Virus record (IMG/VR): IMGVR_UViG_3300027603_000001
Coordinates: 1-64,000 of that record
DNA from: a virus
Direction: 5' to 3' (one strand)
DNA length: 64,000 bases
In this document: positions 27,311 through 35,920 of the stretch, in pieces
Layout of the letters: every line of letters starts with the position of its first letter
How positions within the stretch are numbered: position 1 is the first letter of the stretch
The notes under the pieces: generated by a model
What the model saw: only the letters and a program-made list of their open reading frames with translations
What the model was told of the DNA's origin: nothing
The model's database searches: none
Position numbers and translations under genes: made by a program

Positions 27311-27547
27311 TTAACTTTGCACCGCAGACTCTTCAACGTCAATCGACACCTTACGTCGGATATTCGCAGCATCAGCGACAGATGGATCGCCTAACGCATC
27401 AAAGCACGTAGCTTTGAGCGTCTGCATGTGGGCAGCAATACGCGGACTTATCGAGTCGATGTTTCCAAATCGCAGTTCGTCTCGAAAGAACTCGCCACAC
27501 GCAAGTGCGGCATATTGAAGCTTGGCATACTTACTTGGCCGTTTCAT
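27311..27547 (-). CDS. hypothetical protein
   Basis: 78-aa ORF, last gene of the minus operon, with ATGA overlap to the upstream ORF. Confidence 0.7.
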   Translation of the reverse strand: MKRPSKYAKLQYAALACGEFFRDELRFGNIDSISPRIAAHMQTLKATCFDALGDPSVADAANIRRKVSIDVEESAVQS

Positions 27548-27738
27548 CCCCGCCCACCATTCTTCTGAATCGCATTGGCGTAAGCAAGCGCAACGATAGC
27601 CGCAAGGTCAGCGTTCCAGTTATCGTAATCCAGTTCAACCATCTTGATTAGATGGGCCAACATTCCGTCAACAGGAGCGCGTTCCCATTCTGCTTTAGCT
27701 TTCACCATTGAATCCGCTAGCGCCTCACGTGTTAACAT
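27544..27738 (-). CDS. hypothetical protein
   Basis: 64-aa ORF in the coupled gene chain. Confidence 0.7.
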   Translation of the reverse strand: MLTREALADSMVKAKAEWERAPVDGMLAHLIKMVELDYDNWNADLAAIVALAYANAIQKNGGRG

Positions 27739-27747
27739 ACTGTCCTT

Positions 27748-27966
27748 TCAGTAAGCATACTTAGCCACCAAGTCCCTGAGCCACGCAAGTTGCCGTTCAG
27801 AAACTCCCCAACGACTGATATTGTCGTTCATGTTCTCTATGAACTCCGCTTCACGGCTACCCATGCTGTCTTCATGTCCAGCAAGTAGGCTTAGACACTT
27901 CTCAGCAGCGACTTTACGTTCATCGTTGTCGAGAATGTTGTCTCTATCGAATGCGGCTTTGCTCAT
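27748..27966 (-). CDS. hypothetical protein
   Basis: 72-aa ORF with ATGA overlap to the methyltransferase stop. Confidence 0.7.
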   Translation of the reverse strand: MSKAAFDRDNILDNDERKVAAEKCLSLLAGHEDSMGSREAEFIENMNDNISRWGVSERQLAWLRDLVAKYAY

Positions 27967-28880
27967 GCTGTGTGTCCTTCTCCGCTGAACAGTGACTCCA
28001 CCACCACGGGTTCAGGTTTGGGTTGAGGGAGGTCGTCGAACAGGGATTGCACTGACCGTTGTGACGCCCTATCAATTCTTTCCTCAGCCATTGCGCACGA
28101 TTCCATTGACTGCTCAATGCCGATAAAGTTTAACCCTAACCCCACCGCCGCCTTTCCCGTACTTCCCGCGCCGCAAAAAGGGTCTAACACCTTTCCACCT
28201 GCGGGAACAAGGTAACGCATCCACCAATCAGCTACGGCGTCAGGGGTGCCCGCTCCGTGGCCTGAAGCACCTGAGCTGCCTGAACTATCAGCGTTGGCTA
28301 TCGGTAGAAGGTTGAAAGGCGTGGAACCTCCGCGTTCGCCCGTCGTATCCGCTATCCGTCCCGTTCGGATTGAATAGCCGGAGGGTCGATATTGCAGAGC
28401 GCGATCCCCGCCACGCTTTGCCGCGTTAGACAAACTTTCCGACCATAGGACGGCATCTTGGTTGCGATAACAGTTTGCGGGGCCAAGCCAAACACACGCC
28501 TTGAGACTTGGGCGCATTAAACCGATATCTCGATGGGCGTGAACATTTGGCGGGGTCGTGAAATTCCACCACCACGCATCTTGTACCATATTCCATTCTT
28601 TACATGCCCACGCCTGAAACTCAAATAGCCATCCTCGCATTGACCCCACATGCTTACTATTCGGCTGAAGGATGAACATTGCCGAGCCTTCCGGCTTCAG
28701 TACGCGACGGGATTGCGCACAGACGATCATCATCAAATCCCACCATTCGGCCTCTGTCAGCTTTCCGTAGTGACGGTCAATCTCGGGGTATGGCGGGTCA
28801 GTGATAATCGCGTCTATCGACTCAGGTAATAGATTAGGCATCACGTCTCGGCAGTCACCGTGCATTACTTGAAACATCAT
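27963..28880 (-). CDS. DNA methyltransferase, beta-class N6A/N4C (N6_N4_Mtase family)
   Basis: Motif IV IITDPPY is N-terminal and motif I VLDPFCGAGSTG is C-terminal, the beta-class order. Start set at ATG 28880 (TGATG coupling). Confidence 0.85.
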   Translation of the reverse strand: MMFQVMHGDCRDVMPNLLPESIDAIITDPPYPEIDRHYGKLTEAEWWDLMMIVCAQSRRVLKPEGSAMFILQPNSKHVGSMRGWLFEFQAWACKEWNMVQDAWWWNFTTPPNVHAHRDIGLMRPSLKACVWLGPANCYRNQDAVLWSESLSNAAKRGGDRALQYRPSGYSIRTGRIADTTGERGGSTPFNLLPIANADSSGSSGASGHGAGTPDAVADWWMRYLVPAGGKVLDPFCGAGSTGKAAVGLGLNFIGIEQSMESCAMAEERIDRASQRSVQSLFDDLPQPKPEPVVVESLFSGEGHTA

Positions 28881-29195
28881 CACTTTCTCAGCGTACTCTG
28901 CACATACTGCCAATCAAACGCCTGCTCACCTGATTGCGTGAAGCGGAGCGCTGGCTGCCCCTCGTTTACCTGCCACGTGGCGGGGGACTTGCAGAGTCTC
29001 AGGTAAGCTGCTAGCTGCCCACCCATCAGGCGTAACTGGTACTTGCTACCGTTGAGGGTAGGGCAGTGGATCAGCACCGTCAGCAGCACCAGAACGAAGC
29101 AGGTGGCCTTGGTGGGCCATGTAACTACCGATGGCAATCATCTTGTCGATTATTTCCACTGGAGTAGAGCGTGAGCCAATGCCAGCGTAAATCAT
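28880..29195 (-). pseudogene. DprA/SLOG-like gene remnant (frame-disrupted)
   Basis: ATG 29195 (ATGA-coupled) opens MIYAGIGSRSTPVEIIDKMIAIGSYMAHQGHLLRSGAADGAD, matching the DprA/SLOG pattern GSR..G..LA..G..L.SG.A.GAD. It stops 7 codons later at 29046. Only another frame stays open down to 28880. Confidence 0.4.
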
Positions 29196-29422
29196 GTTGT
29201 TGCATCTACCCCGTCCCCGCCGTTAGCCTTAGTAAGCATCGTATCTCGTGTTACGCCTTTATCAGCCCGCACCTTACGGGGTTTGGAGGGTTTGCTGGGT
29301 ACCTTTGGGAACAGCCTCGCCTGCAACCCTTTCAGCGTGGAGATTGCGTTGGCCAACCCTGCCTCATCCGTTGAGTACGCGAAGTCGATTAGTTTCTCGA
29401 TGTTGGATTTACGTTTTGCCAT
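29192..29422 (-). CDS. hypothetical protein
   Basis: Start set to MAKRKSNIEK after SD AAGGAG. Confidence 0.65.
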   Translation of the reverse strand: MAKRKSNIEKLIDFAYSTDEAGLANAISTLKGLQARLFPKVPSKPSKPRKVRADKGVTRDTMLTKANGGDGVDATT

Positions 29423-29585
29423 CATTCTCCTTTTCGTCAAATTCAAAGTGTACATCTACCGTCGTTGGCCGCTCACCCTTAGGTACTTGCACCTCAAAGT
29501 GCCAATCGCCTTCTTGAGCATAGAAGCGATCCATGTATTCGCCTCGCGCTGCCGGTTCAAGCGCTAGGTTTACTTTTAGTGCCAT
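29409..29585 (-). CDS. hypothetical protein
   Basis: Start set to MALKVNL after SD AAGGAG. Confidence 0.65.
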   Translation of the reverse strand: MALKVNLALEPAARGEYMDRFYAQEGDWHFEVQVPKGERPTTVDVHFEFDEKENDGKT

Positions 29586-29742
29586 TACTACTCCTTTGTT
29601 CCGCAATGAATTCCACCCCGCAATACGAGCAGAAGTTAGGTGATGGGTAGTCATAAGCCTCATAAGTATCCTCGTGGCACTCTGAACACGTCCACGCCGT
29701 TACCATCATTGAATCACTGTAGTGTTCGATTGTTGCGGCCAT
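29557..29742 (-). CDS. zinc-ribbon protein
   Basis: 61 aa with CSEC...CSYC. Confidence 0.65.
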   Translation of the reverse strand: MAATIEHYSDSMMVTAWTCSECHEDTYEAYDYPSPNFCSYCGVEFIAEQRSSNGTKSKPSA

Positions 29743-29836
29743 AGGTTGTTATCATCACGGGCGGCAAGAGTGCTTATGGCTCACCTTGTCGCTAATCCTG
29801 CCACCCGCCGTCATGCGCCCCTCTGCGCTGACATTG

Positions 29837-30109
29837 CTATTTACCCACCCGTTCCTTTACGCGACCAAGCATTGCATCTGCGAGTTTAGATTTAGAGCCG
29901 TGGTAGCTTGAATCAGCCAATATGATTTGTGACATCACCCGCAGCAACCATGCACTATCCGTGGTGACATCTATTTCAGGAAGTGGCTCTAATACGCGCA
30001 CAGAACCAAGTTGATCTTCAGCTAGAAGAATATAGCCATCGGCTTCAAGTGCTTTCCGCGTCTTAGTTGGCACTTTTAGTTCTACGGGATAAATTAAAAG
30101 CTTTGCCAT
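29837..30109 (-). CDS. hypothetical protein (90 aa)
   Basis: The globular part of track ORF 29837..30433 starts at MAKLLIYPVEL. The 108-codon upstream extension is Arg/Gly/Pro-rich and not protein-like. Confidence 0.6.
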   Translation of the reverse strand: MAKLLIYPVELKVPTKTRKALEADGYILLAEDQLGSVRVLEPLPEIDVTTDSAWLLRVMSQIILADSSYHGSKSKLADAMLGRVKERVGK

Positions 30110-30779
30110 TAGATTCTCTTTTTCACCAACCATCCCCCAGCACCCCGCACTGATTTCACGCGCTCGATACGGGGTACTGGAGGGGTGGTTGCACCTGAAC
30201 GCTCCCTCACGTCCAAGTTTATTTACGGGACAGAGAGCAGGACGCTTGCTCAATAACCAACTCCCTACCCCGTGTCGCCCCTTCACCCACGTCTGGTGCT
30301 GATACCGACCGCTGGTGGAGGGTACGAATTGTTTCAAGTTGGTAGTCAGGGAGACGTGCAACGATACGCTCCTGACGATCCCCGGCTGAGGTTGCCGTTT
30401 CCGTTGCTCAACCCGTGCTTTCACACGTACCAACCTGAATTGCGCGGGCTAGTTTTCTTCACGGTAGCACCACGAGGTTCATCCACTAGCAAGCTACAAG
30501 GAACCCCCAAAGCTTATGGTAAAGCGCACCCGTTCTCTATTGACCGCGCAAATTGACTATCAAACATCACATCAGGCTGGCCCGGCGCGCGTGTCGTTTC
30601 TAAGCTAGCGCGTTGGCGGCGATTGCTTGTACAGGGCAACGGCCTTTCTGCCAACCTGAACCTGTCAAATAATCGCGCACTCATTGGAGGCAGGAAGATG
30701 TTAGGCGGCGATACTCTAGCTCCTTACCCTTTCACCGTCATGTCCTTCTAGAGCGTTCTGCCTCTATCAGTGCACGATG
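30110..30779 (-). ncRNA. candidate large structured RNA / untranslated region (unclassified)
   Basis: 670 nt lack a convincing CDS in an otherwise overlapping gene chain. Nested perfect helices: 30440-47/30544-51, 30448-53/30485-90, 30491-95/30511-15, 30714-19/30748-53. CCAACCTGAA is repeated at 30430 and 30651. Confidence 0.3.
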
Positions 30780-31193
30780 TCAAATATCAACCGCTACAGG
30801 CTGTATCTGCTCAGCCACCCAACGCCTCACCCGTGACCATCGTTGTTGTGGGGTCTCTTGCCAATTCCCAGCTTCGTCGTTGATATAGACAATCTCCGCT
30901 GCGAGTTGATGCGCAATACCGAACGCTTCGGCTACCTGTTCAGGATCTTCAGGGTCAAGTTCACTGATTGGAAGACCGCGTTTGTTCCCTAGAACACCCA
31001 AGACACAATGGTCGCCATCCGTGTTAACCAACGCTTCGGCAATCAATATCTTCTCAGGCATCTCGTCGAGGGCTTCAAGCAGATCGAGCAACAAAGACTG
31101 TCCGCGCTTCCCACGAATCGCTGAAACTACCTGTCCGCGCCACTTGATTAAGACCCAAGAGTCTAAATCATCACTATAGTTACTTCTACTCAT
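30780..31193 (-). CDS. hypothetical protein (137 aa)
   Basis: Clean ORF with a GGGAG SD. It is isolated by untranslated gaps on both sides. Confidence 0.8.
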   Translation of the reverse strand: MSRSNYSDDLDSWVLIKWRGQVVSAIRGKRGQSLLLDLLEALDEMPEKILIAEALVNTDGDHCVLGVLGNKRGLPISELDPEDPEQVAEAFGIAHQLAAEIVYINDEAGNWQETPQQRWSRVRRWVAEQIQPVAVDI

Positions 31194-31214
31194 TTACATA
31201 CGCTCCCGAATTCG

Positions 31215-31272
31215 CCGCAGAAAGGAGCCTTAGCCGCGTTGCGAGCGTTAGGCAGGAAGCTCCTCCCTGCGG
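31215..31272 (-). promoter_or_regulatory. 5' UTR hairpin (14-bp stem)
   Basis: 31215-28 pairs with 31259-72. The two non-Watson-Crick positions are G-U on the minus-sense RNA but A-C on the plus sense, which favours a minus-strand RNA structure. Confidence 0.4.
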
Positions 31273-31411
31273 GTATCCCGGCCCCATAGAACTTGGAGTA
31301 AAGTGGAGCGGGAAGATGGTTAGAGGGCTTACACCAGCGTCTTACCGCCGATATGCTGCTTGCGCAGGTTCTTATCGGGCTGACGCCTCGGCACTTACTG
31401 CACTGGATGCC

Positions 31412-31855
31412 TCAAATTGTCAATGAACTTCGGTGCTTAAACCACGATGCTAGAAACCTCAGCGTAATCCGTTCGGCAAACAATCGGCTATCACAAAAGA
31501 ACACTGGTATCGCGTGCTGTGCGCTGTAGCTCACCAGCCCGCCAACCACCGACGCGGCATTGGTTCGTTGGATTCTAGCAGGTTGTACGGTCAACGCGGT
31601 TAGTGAACACTCGATAACGATAGCCGCTCGGTCGAGTTTAGCAAGCCGCTCGACACAGCGTTGGAAGCGCGCACGCCCTAAGCTCATACTACCCCAACAA
31701 TCATTGTAACTCTTGCGCTCCACGGCTACCTTATCCTCGAACCCGACCAAACTGTAATCTCCCTGCTTCAGCGTACCACGAACCGTTACGAAGCCGTCGA
31801 AGATGAATGGAGCTTGTTCGCGCGTATCAACCACAATCGCCGGAAACTCAGCCAT
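31412..31855 (-). CDS. ERCC4-type structure-specific nuclease (resolvase-like)
   Basis: VVDTREQ...GDYSL...VAVERKSYNDCWGS matches the ERCC4 D.RE / GDY / ERK..D motifs. Start at 31855 (TAATG coupling). Confidence 0.7.
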   Translation of the reverse strand: MAEFPAIVVDTREQAPFIFDGFVTVRGTLKQGDYSLVGFEDKVAVERKSYNDCWGSMSLGRARFQRCVERLAKLDRAAIVIECSLTALTVQPARIQRTNAASVVGGLVSYSAQHAIPVFFCDSRLFAERITLRFLASWFKHRSSLTI

Positions 31856-32727
31856 TAAAATGGCGCGCCGTCGCTTTCTGTCCAGCAAGTATCCCGCACC
31901 GCGCAGTAATCACACCCTGACTTCGTGCCAAATTGGATCGACTTACCGACCAACGGCAGGTCGCTCCACTTCACCGCACCGGTAGCAACCATGTTGGCCT
32001 GGTGGAGCAGTTGCTCGACGCTGTATCCACAGTCGTACGGTTGGTGGGCTAGCGCGGCTTCGACCGACATGATAGCGACTGGCTCCGACCACATTGCGTC
32101 GCTGAACGCCCACCAGATTGCCGCAGCGTCCCATGCGTGACCGAATTGTTGGCGGTATAGTTCGGCGTAGAGTGATAGCTGAACCTTGTACTCGGTTGGT
32201 GCACCCTGCGCTTCGATTACCCGCTTGCCAAACCTCCCGCCACGGATATACACCGCTCGACTGTCCTTACCAGTCTTGTGGTCTTCACCAACCAACTTGC
32301 CGTCGATGTAGCGCACTCGGTCGATCTTGCCGGTAACGCGAATGCCAGCCAGCTCACCCGCTACGTCAATCTCCGCACCAACACCTTGAGGCATTTCTAC
32401 CGCCCCAGCCAACTCGTCAGGCAGTACCGCCAAGGTCTGCTTAAAGCAAGCCACCTCCATCAAGCTATGCCACGCTGTACCTTTCAACGGTGTGAGCATG
32501 CCCAGCGGGTCAACCGCTACGTCCTCAGCGGTCATAATCGCGGCCTTGCGCACACACCCTAAACCCATCGACACCCTGACGCCGCCGCGCTCGCTCTGTA
32601 AGTCACGGTCAGCGAGCACCGCAGCAGCATAGTCAGGGTGCACCACTGCCCCGCACGAAGTAGTAGCAAAGTGGTCAAGCGGTACGGCCTGCTTGCATGA
32701 CGGACAGAGCCATTGAGTGATAGGCAT
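31855..32727 (-). CDS. PD-(D/E)XK exonuclease with Cas4-like 4Fe-4S cluster
   Basis: GKIDRV..GEDHKTGK (D..D/E-x-K) plus C-terminal CDYCAVRDTC (C-x2-C-x5-C) and an N-terminal Cys pair. Start set at ATG 32727 after AAGGA. Confidence 0.75.
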   Translation of the reverse strand: MPITQWLCPSCKQAVPLDHFATTSCGAVVHPDYAAAVLADRDLQSERGGVRVSMGLGCVRKAAIMTAEDVAVDPLGMLTPLKGTAWHSLMEVACFKQTLAVLPDELAGAVEMPQGVGAEIDVAGELAGIRVTGKIDRVRYIDGKLVGEDHKTGKDSRAVYIRGGRFGKRVIEAQGAPTEYKVQLSLYAELYRQQFGHAWDAAAIWWAFSDAMWSEPVAIMSVEAALAHQPYDCGYSVEQLLHQANMVATGAVKWSDLPLVGKSIQFGTKSGCDYCAVRDTCWTESDGAPF

Positions 32728-32775
32728 GGTGTTCCTTACAGTTAACTTAGGTTTACCATAGTTAACCATGGTTAA

Positions 32776-33243
32776 CTAAAAGGGGACTTTCTCTTTACCG
32801 TTCTCTGCGGCCACTCCTGCGGTTTTTGGTAGAAAGGCGGCAATTCGGATGAAACCACCAGACCCTGTAGCTTGGTCAACCTTGGTCTTGATGGTTTCCA
32901 CGCGGTAAACCGTGCCAGCCGCGATGTCGTCGGGCTCCTGTGCGTAGTGCTCTTTAAGCTGGCGGTGGATGCTGATTGAATTGGCGATGGCGCGCTTCTT
33001 GGCGGTGGGCCAGCTTGCTTTCTCAGCCGTGATGACCTCTGGCGAAGGTACAGGACTGATGGTCAAATCCGCTCTGGCGCTGTTCGCAGTCAGGAGCACC
33101 CCATCCACCTTCTTGCGAGGATCGCCGGACGGCCACGTGTCGTCGGTGACAGTGTTTACCATCCAGTCATGCTTGCCAACCCGGTCGTCTTTCGCGGCGT
33201 CGGCTAACAAATCGTCGTATGCTTTGTCTGTGTAATCGCTCAT
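32776..33243 (-). CDS. hypothetical protein (possible ssDNA-binding partner of the ATPase, by synteny only)
   Basis: 155 aa with ATGA overlap to the upstream ATPase gene. Confidence 0.7.
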   Translation of the reverse strand: MSDYTDKAYDDLLADAAKDDRVGKHDWMVNTVTDDTWPSGDPRKKVDGVLLTANSARADLTISPVPSPEVITAEKASWPTAKKRAIANSISIHRQLKEHYAQEPDDIAAGTVYRVETIKTKVDQATGSGGFIRIAAFLPKTAGVAAENGKEKVPF

Positions 33244-34103
33244 TCGCTTCGTTTCTCCTTATCGTTGGTTGTTGGTCGTACTAGCCGCACGAAGTCGGCC
33301 AAGTTAAAGTTGGTTATTGAATCGGGAACCTTAATGCCATCGTCCCAATCGTCTCGCACCTTGCCGGTGATAACATTAGAGTTCGGCGGGTTGCGGAAGT
33401 AGGCGTTGACCTGCTCGCCCTCGCTCACCAGTCGAAACACATAGTCGAACGCCCGCTTGAGCGCTTCGCCTGCTCCGGTACCAGGTGCGTCGGGTTTCCA
33501 CGGCATCCCCTTAACGTACTGGCTGATAGATGTCTGTTTCTCCCAGAACGTCCAGTACATGTTGGTGCCCAGCTTGATAAACCCGTCGAACAAACGTTCA
33601 GTCTCTTGCCCAGTCTTCCACCACATTTGCTGGCTATTCATGTCGAGGTCTTTGGAGATGTACGCTGCGTAGGGCCGTATCGACCCGTCGAGCGCTTGGC
33701 GAGCCGAGCCATTGATCATAGCTTCGAGCGCAGCTTGCGCACCACCAAATATCTCTTGCTGAATCCAGTTGAGCGCACGAGTACCACCATCAACACAAAC
33801 CCACTGCTCCGGTTTGGTAAACTGCTCCTTGGCCCACGCATACGCGCTCCGTAGATCGGCGCGACTGTCTACAACCTTAACAAAGCGCTCATCAATCTTG
33901 CCGCGAATGGTAGACAGCCCGTGCTCGCAGCTTATGATGCCTACATTCTCAACGCCGAACGCGTCGATCAGGTGGCCGATCTGTAGCGTCTTACGTCCGC
34001 CCGTGGCCCCGTAGCCAGCGAGCTTGAGCGATTCATCAAACGGCTTGCCCACTTCGGCTACCGACACCTCTGCCACCACTTCGATTTGCGGTTTAGTTGC
34101 CAC
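33240..34103 (-). CDS. RecA/Sak4-like ATPase with atypical P-loop
   Basis: 287 aa with GYGATGGRKT in place of GxxxxGK[ST]. It neighbours the nuclease genes as in phage recombination modules. Confidence 0.5.
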   Translation of the reverse strand: MATKPQIEVVAEVSVAEVGKPFDESLKLAGYGATGGRKTLQIGHLIDAFGVENVGIISCEHGLSTIRGKIDERFVKVVDSRADLRSAYAWAKEQFTKPEQWVCVDGGTRALNWIQQEIFGGAQAALEAMINGSARQALDGSIRPYAAYISKDLDMNSQQMWWKTGQETERLFDGFIKLGTNMYWTFWEKQTSISQYVKGMPWKPDAPGTGAGEALKRAFDYVFRLVSEGEQVNAYFRNPPNSNVITGKVRDDWDDGIKVPDSITNFNLADFVRLVRPTTNDKEKRSE

Positions 34104-34106
34104 GGA

Positions 34107-34301
34107 CTACTTGCTCGCTTTCTTGGCCGCGTCCAATAGTAACGTCGGCTTGCTCAGGGCTAAATGGGCCTCAACCGCGATGACCACTTCCGCGCTAATG
34201 CTGCGACGGTTAATCTTGGCTAGTTGTTTCAACTTTTTACCCATGTCATTGGAAAAGTAGATATGCGCTTGGTATCCCTTCATGGGATAGCAGACTACCA
34301 T
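34107..34301 (-). CDS. ribbon-helix-helix DNA-binding protein
   Basis: AHIYFSNDMGKKLKQLAKINRRSISAEVVIAVEAHL fits strand-helix-helix (Arc/CopG type). Confidence 0.6.
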   Translation of the reverse strand: MVVCYPMKGYQAHIYFSNDMGKKLKQLAKINRRSISAEVVIAVEAHLALSKPTLLLDAAKKASK

Positions 34302-34317
34302 GACTATCCTATCTGAG

Positions 34318-34506
34318 TCAAGTTAAATCTTCGTTCATCGACCATTCCACATTGCACCCCGCATGACACACCGTCTCCATCGTCGGCACCAGGTAGAGCA
34401 TGTCGTCAATCTCATCTTCCTGGCCGTCGATTGGTAGCCAGCCGTCAATGCAGTGCGCCTCACAGGGTGGCACGTAGCGGCGCAGGTGGTCGTTGGTGGT
34501 GGTCAT
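34318..34506 (-). CDS. Cys/His-rich small protein
   Basis: Start set to ATG 34506, which overlaps the TGA of the upstream small ORF. Confidence 0.65.
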   Translation of the reverse strand: MTTTNDHLRRYVPPCEAHCIDGWLPIDGQEDEIDDMLYLVPTMETVCHAGCNVEWSMNEDLT

Positions 34507-34658
34507 TTGCATACGTACCCTTTCTTGCCCTCAACTGTATCTGAGACGCCCATGTAATAGCCTAAGTACCAACTGCCCGTGAAGATTAGAAGGGTGAAAA
34601 CAGCCAGAGCTACAACCACTATTTGCCATGCCGGTGTTGCCTTATCGCTGGTGGTCAT
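34503..34658 (-). CDS. 51-aa single-TM protein
   Basis: Not in the track. TAATG coupling at 34658 and ATGA at 34503. TM segment WQIVVVALAVFTLLIFTGSWYL. Confidence 0.6.
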   Translation of the reverse strand: MTTSDKATPAWQIVVVALAVFTLLIFTGSWYLGYYMGVSDTVEGKKGYVCK

Positions 34659-35053
34659 TATCGGTACTCCATCTCCCTTTGCAACCCATCCGTCACCGCC
34701 GCCAGCGAACTTTGCAGCCTCAATATCTCACCTTCATGCCCTGCCTTTTGGGCGCAGCGCAGTTCTAAGGCTTCGCGGACAACGTTCTCTTTCATTATCT
34801 GGAGGTTGGTTGGCAGTGGCGGGAGATGCGGAGCGATGATGATGGCAGCGGCATCCGCTACAGCCTGCTTGCACCATCCGCTCAGATACCGCGTCCTTCC
34901 GCTAGCAAAACTCTCTTCGTGTTTGTGGAGTTGAAGTTGATCAGCCTCTTCGCCGTCGCCATTACGAAATAGTTGATCCGCTATCTCTTGCGCGATTCGC
35001 TGTGCCTCTGTTTTCGTGTTAGCCATTCTCTTTCTCCTTTGCAGCCCAGTCAC
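34658..35053 (-). CDS. hypothetical protein
   Basis: 131-aa ORF in the coupled chain. Confidence 0.75.
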   Translation of the reverse strand: MTGLQRRKRMANTKTEAQRIAQEIADQLFRNGDGEEADQLQLHKHEESFASGRTRYLSGWCKQAVADAAAIIIAPHLPPLPTNLQIMKENVVREALELRCAQKAGHEGEILRLQSSLAAVTDGLQREMEYR

Positions 35054-35301
35054 GGGCGCCGCTTACGTGGTGACGGCTTCGGCACTATGCAATTTGGATC
35101 ACCGCAACCATGAAGCAACGGCTCACTCCAATAGCCTTTGCCATCTCCGAAATCGTCAATACCGAATCCGCAGTGGTCACAATGCTCGCCGTTCCTATGC
35201 CAAGATTCCATATCAACATCAACGCACTTGCCCGCCAGCGGATAACGCCGTGAATGCCCATGTTCTAACTCAGCCGCAACCTCGATTAGTTTTAGAGTCA
35301 T
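35050..35301 (-). CDS. Cys/His-rich protein
   Basis: 83 aa with HCDHCG...HGCGDPNC. Confidence 0.7.
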   Translation of the reverse strand: MTLKLIEVAAELEHGHSRRYPLAGKCVDVDMESWHRNGEHCDHCGFGIDDFGDGKGYWSEPLLHGCGDPNCIVPKPSPRKRRP

Positions 35302-35906
35302 TTCTCGTCATCCTTTGGGGCCGGGGTGGTCTTGAGAGATCGAATAACGGCTGCCGCACACGCCGCTTTCTGCAAAGTTGAGTAAGGCCGATCAGCCGTT
35401 GCTATTACACTATCAAGCGCGACCTTTGCCGCTTCTTCCAACCCTGCATCTCTCCCAGTGGATGCGGATTGTAGAACCGAAGCGATGCGACGTTTCAGCC
35501 ATTCAAGTTCGTTATCGTTATCAACATCTTCAGGGTCTAAACAGCCTTCCTCATCTCCAGTGAGGACCGCTAACACGTCGCTTTTGACTTCCTCGACGAG
35601 TTCTTTGAACGCTTCCACACCTTCCTCCACATCGGGGTATTCTGTGTCTTCGTAGTCGGAGGTCGTTAGCGAGTGGCGCACGAAAGCTAATTCAATGGCA
35701 GCGTCAGAAATCTTCTTAACAATCTCTCGCGCCCGCTCATCGGGTGCAGCCTGCTCGCTGACTTCTCTGGGAGTGAATAAACTCAGGACACGCTCAGGTG
35801 TGCAGAGCCTTTGAAAGTCTGCTCGGTAGGATTCGTAGCCGTCAGCCAACATCATTGCGGCTTGCTTGAGTTGTAAAGTCTCTTTCGCTTCAGCCATTTT
35901 GTTCAT
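35298..35906 (-). CDS. acidic hypothetical protein
   Basis: 202-aa ORF with SD GAGGAG. Confidence 0.8.
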   Translation of the reverse strand: MNKMAEAKETLQLKQAAMMLADGYESYRADFQRLCTPERVLSLFTPREVSEQAAPDERAREIVKKISDAAIELAFVRHSLTTSDYEDTEYPDVEEGVEAFKELVEEVKSDVLAVLTGDEEGCLDPEDVDNDNELEWLKRRIASVLQSASTGRDAGLEEAAKVALDSVIATADRPYSTLQKAACAAAVIRSLKTTPAPKDDEK

Positions 35907-35920
35907 TTCTCCTCACAGGG

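Noticed and set aside
30110-30433. N-terminal 108 codons of track ORF 29837..30433 as real coding sequence.
   Set aside because: The composition is Arg/Gly/Pro/Ser-rich and not domain-like, with no start-site signal. The globular part begins at MAKLL. The open frame is long enough that coding cannot be fully excluded; see the finding at 30110-30779.
30272-30556. Plus-strand 94-aa ORF in the untranslated gap.
   Set aside because: It is Pro/Leu/Arg-rich, has no SD, and runs antisense to the whole operon.
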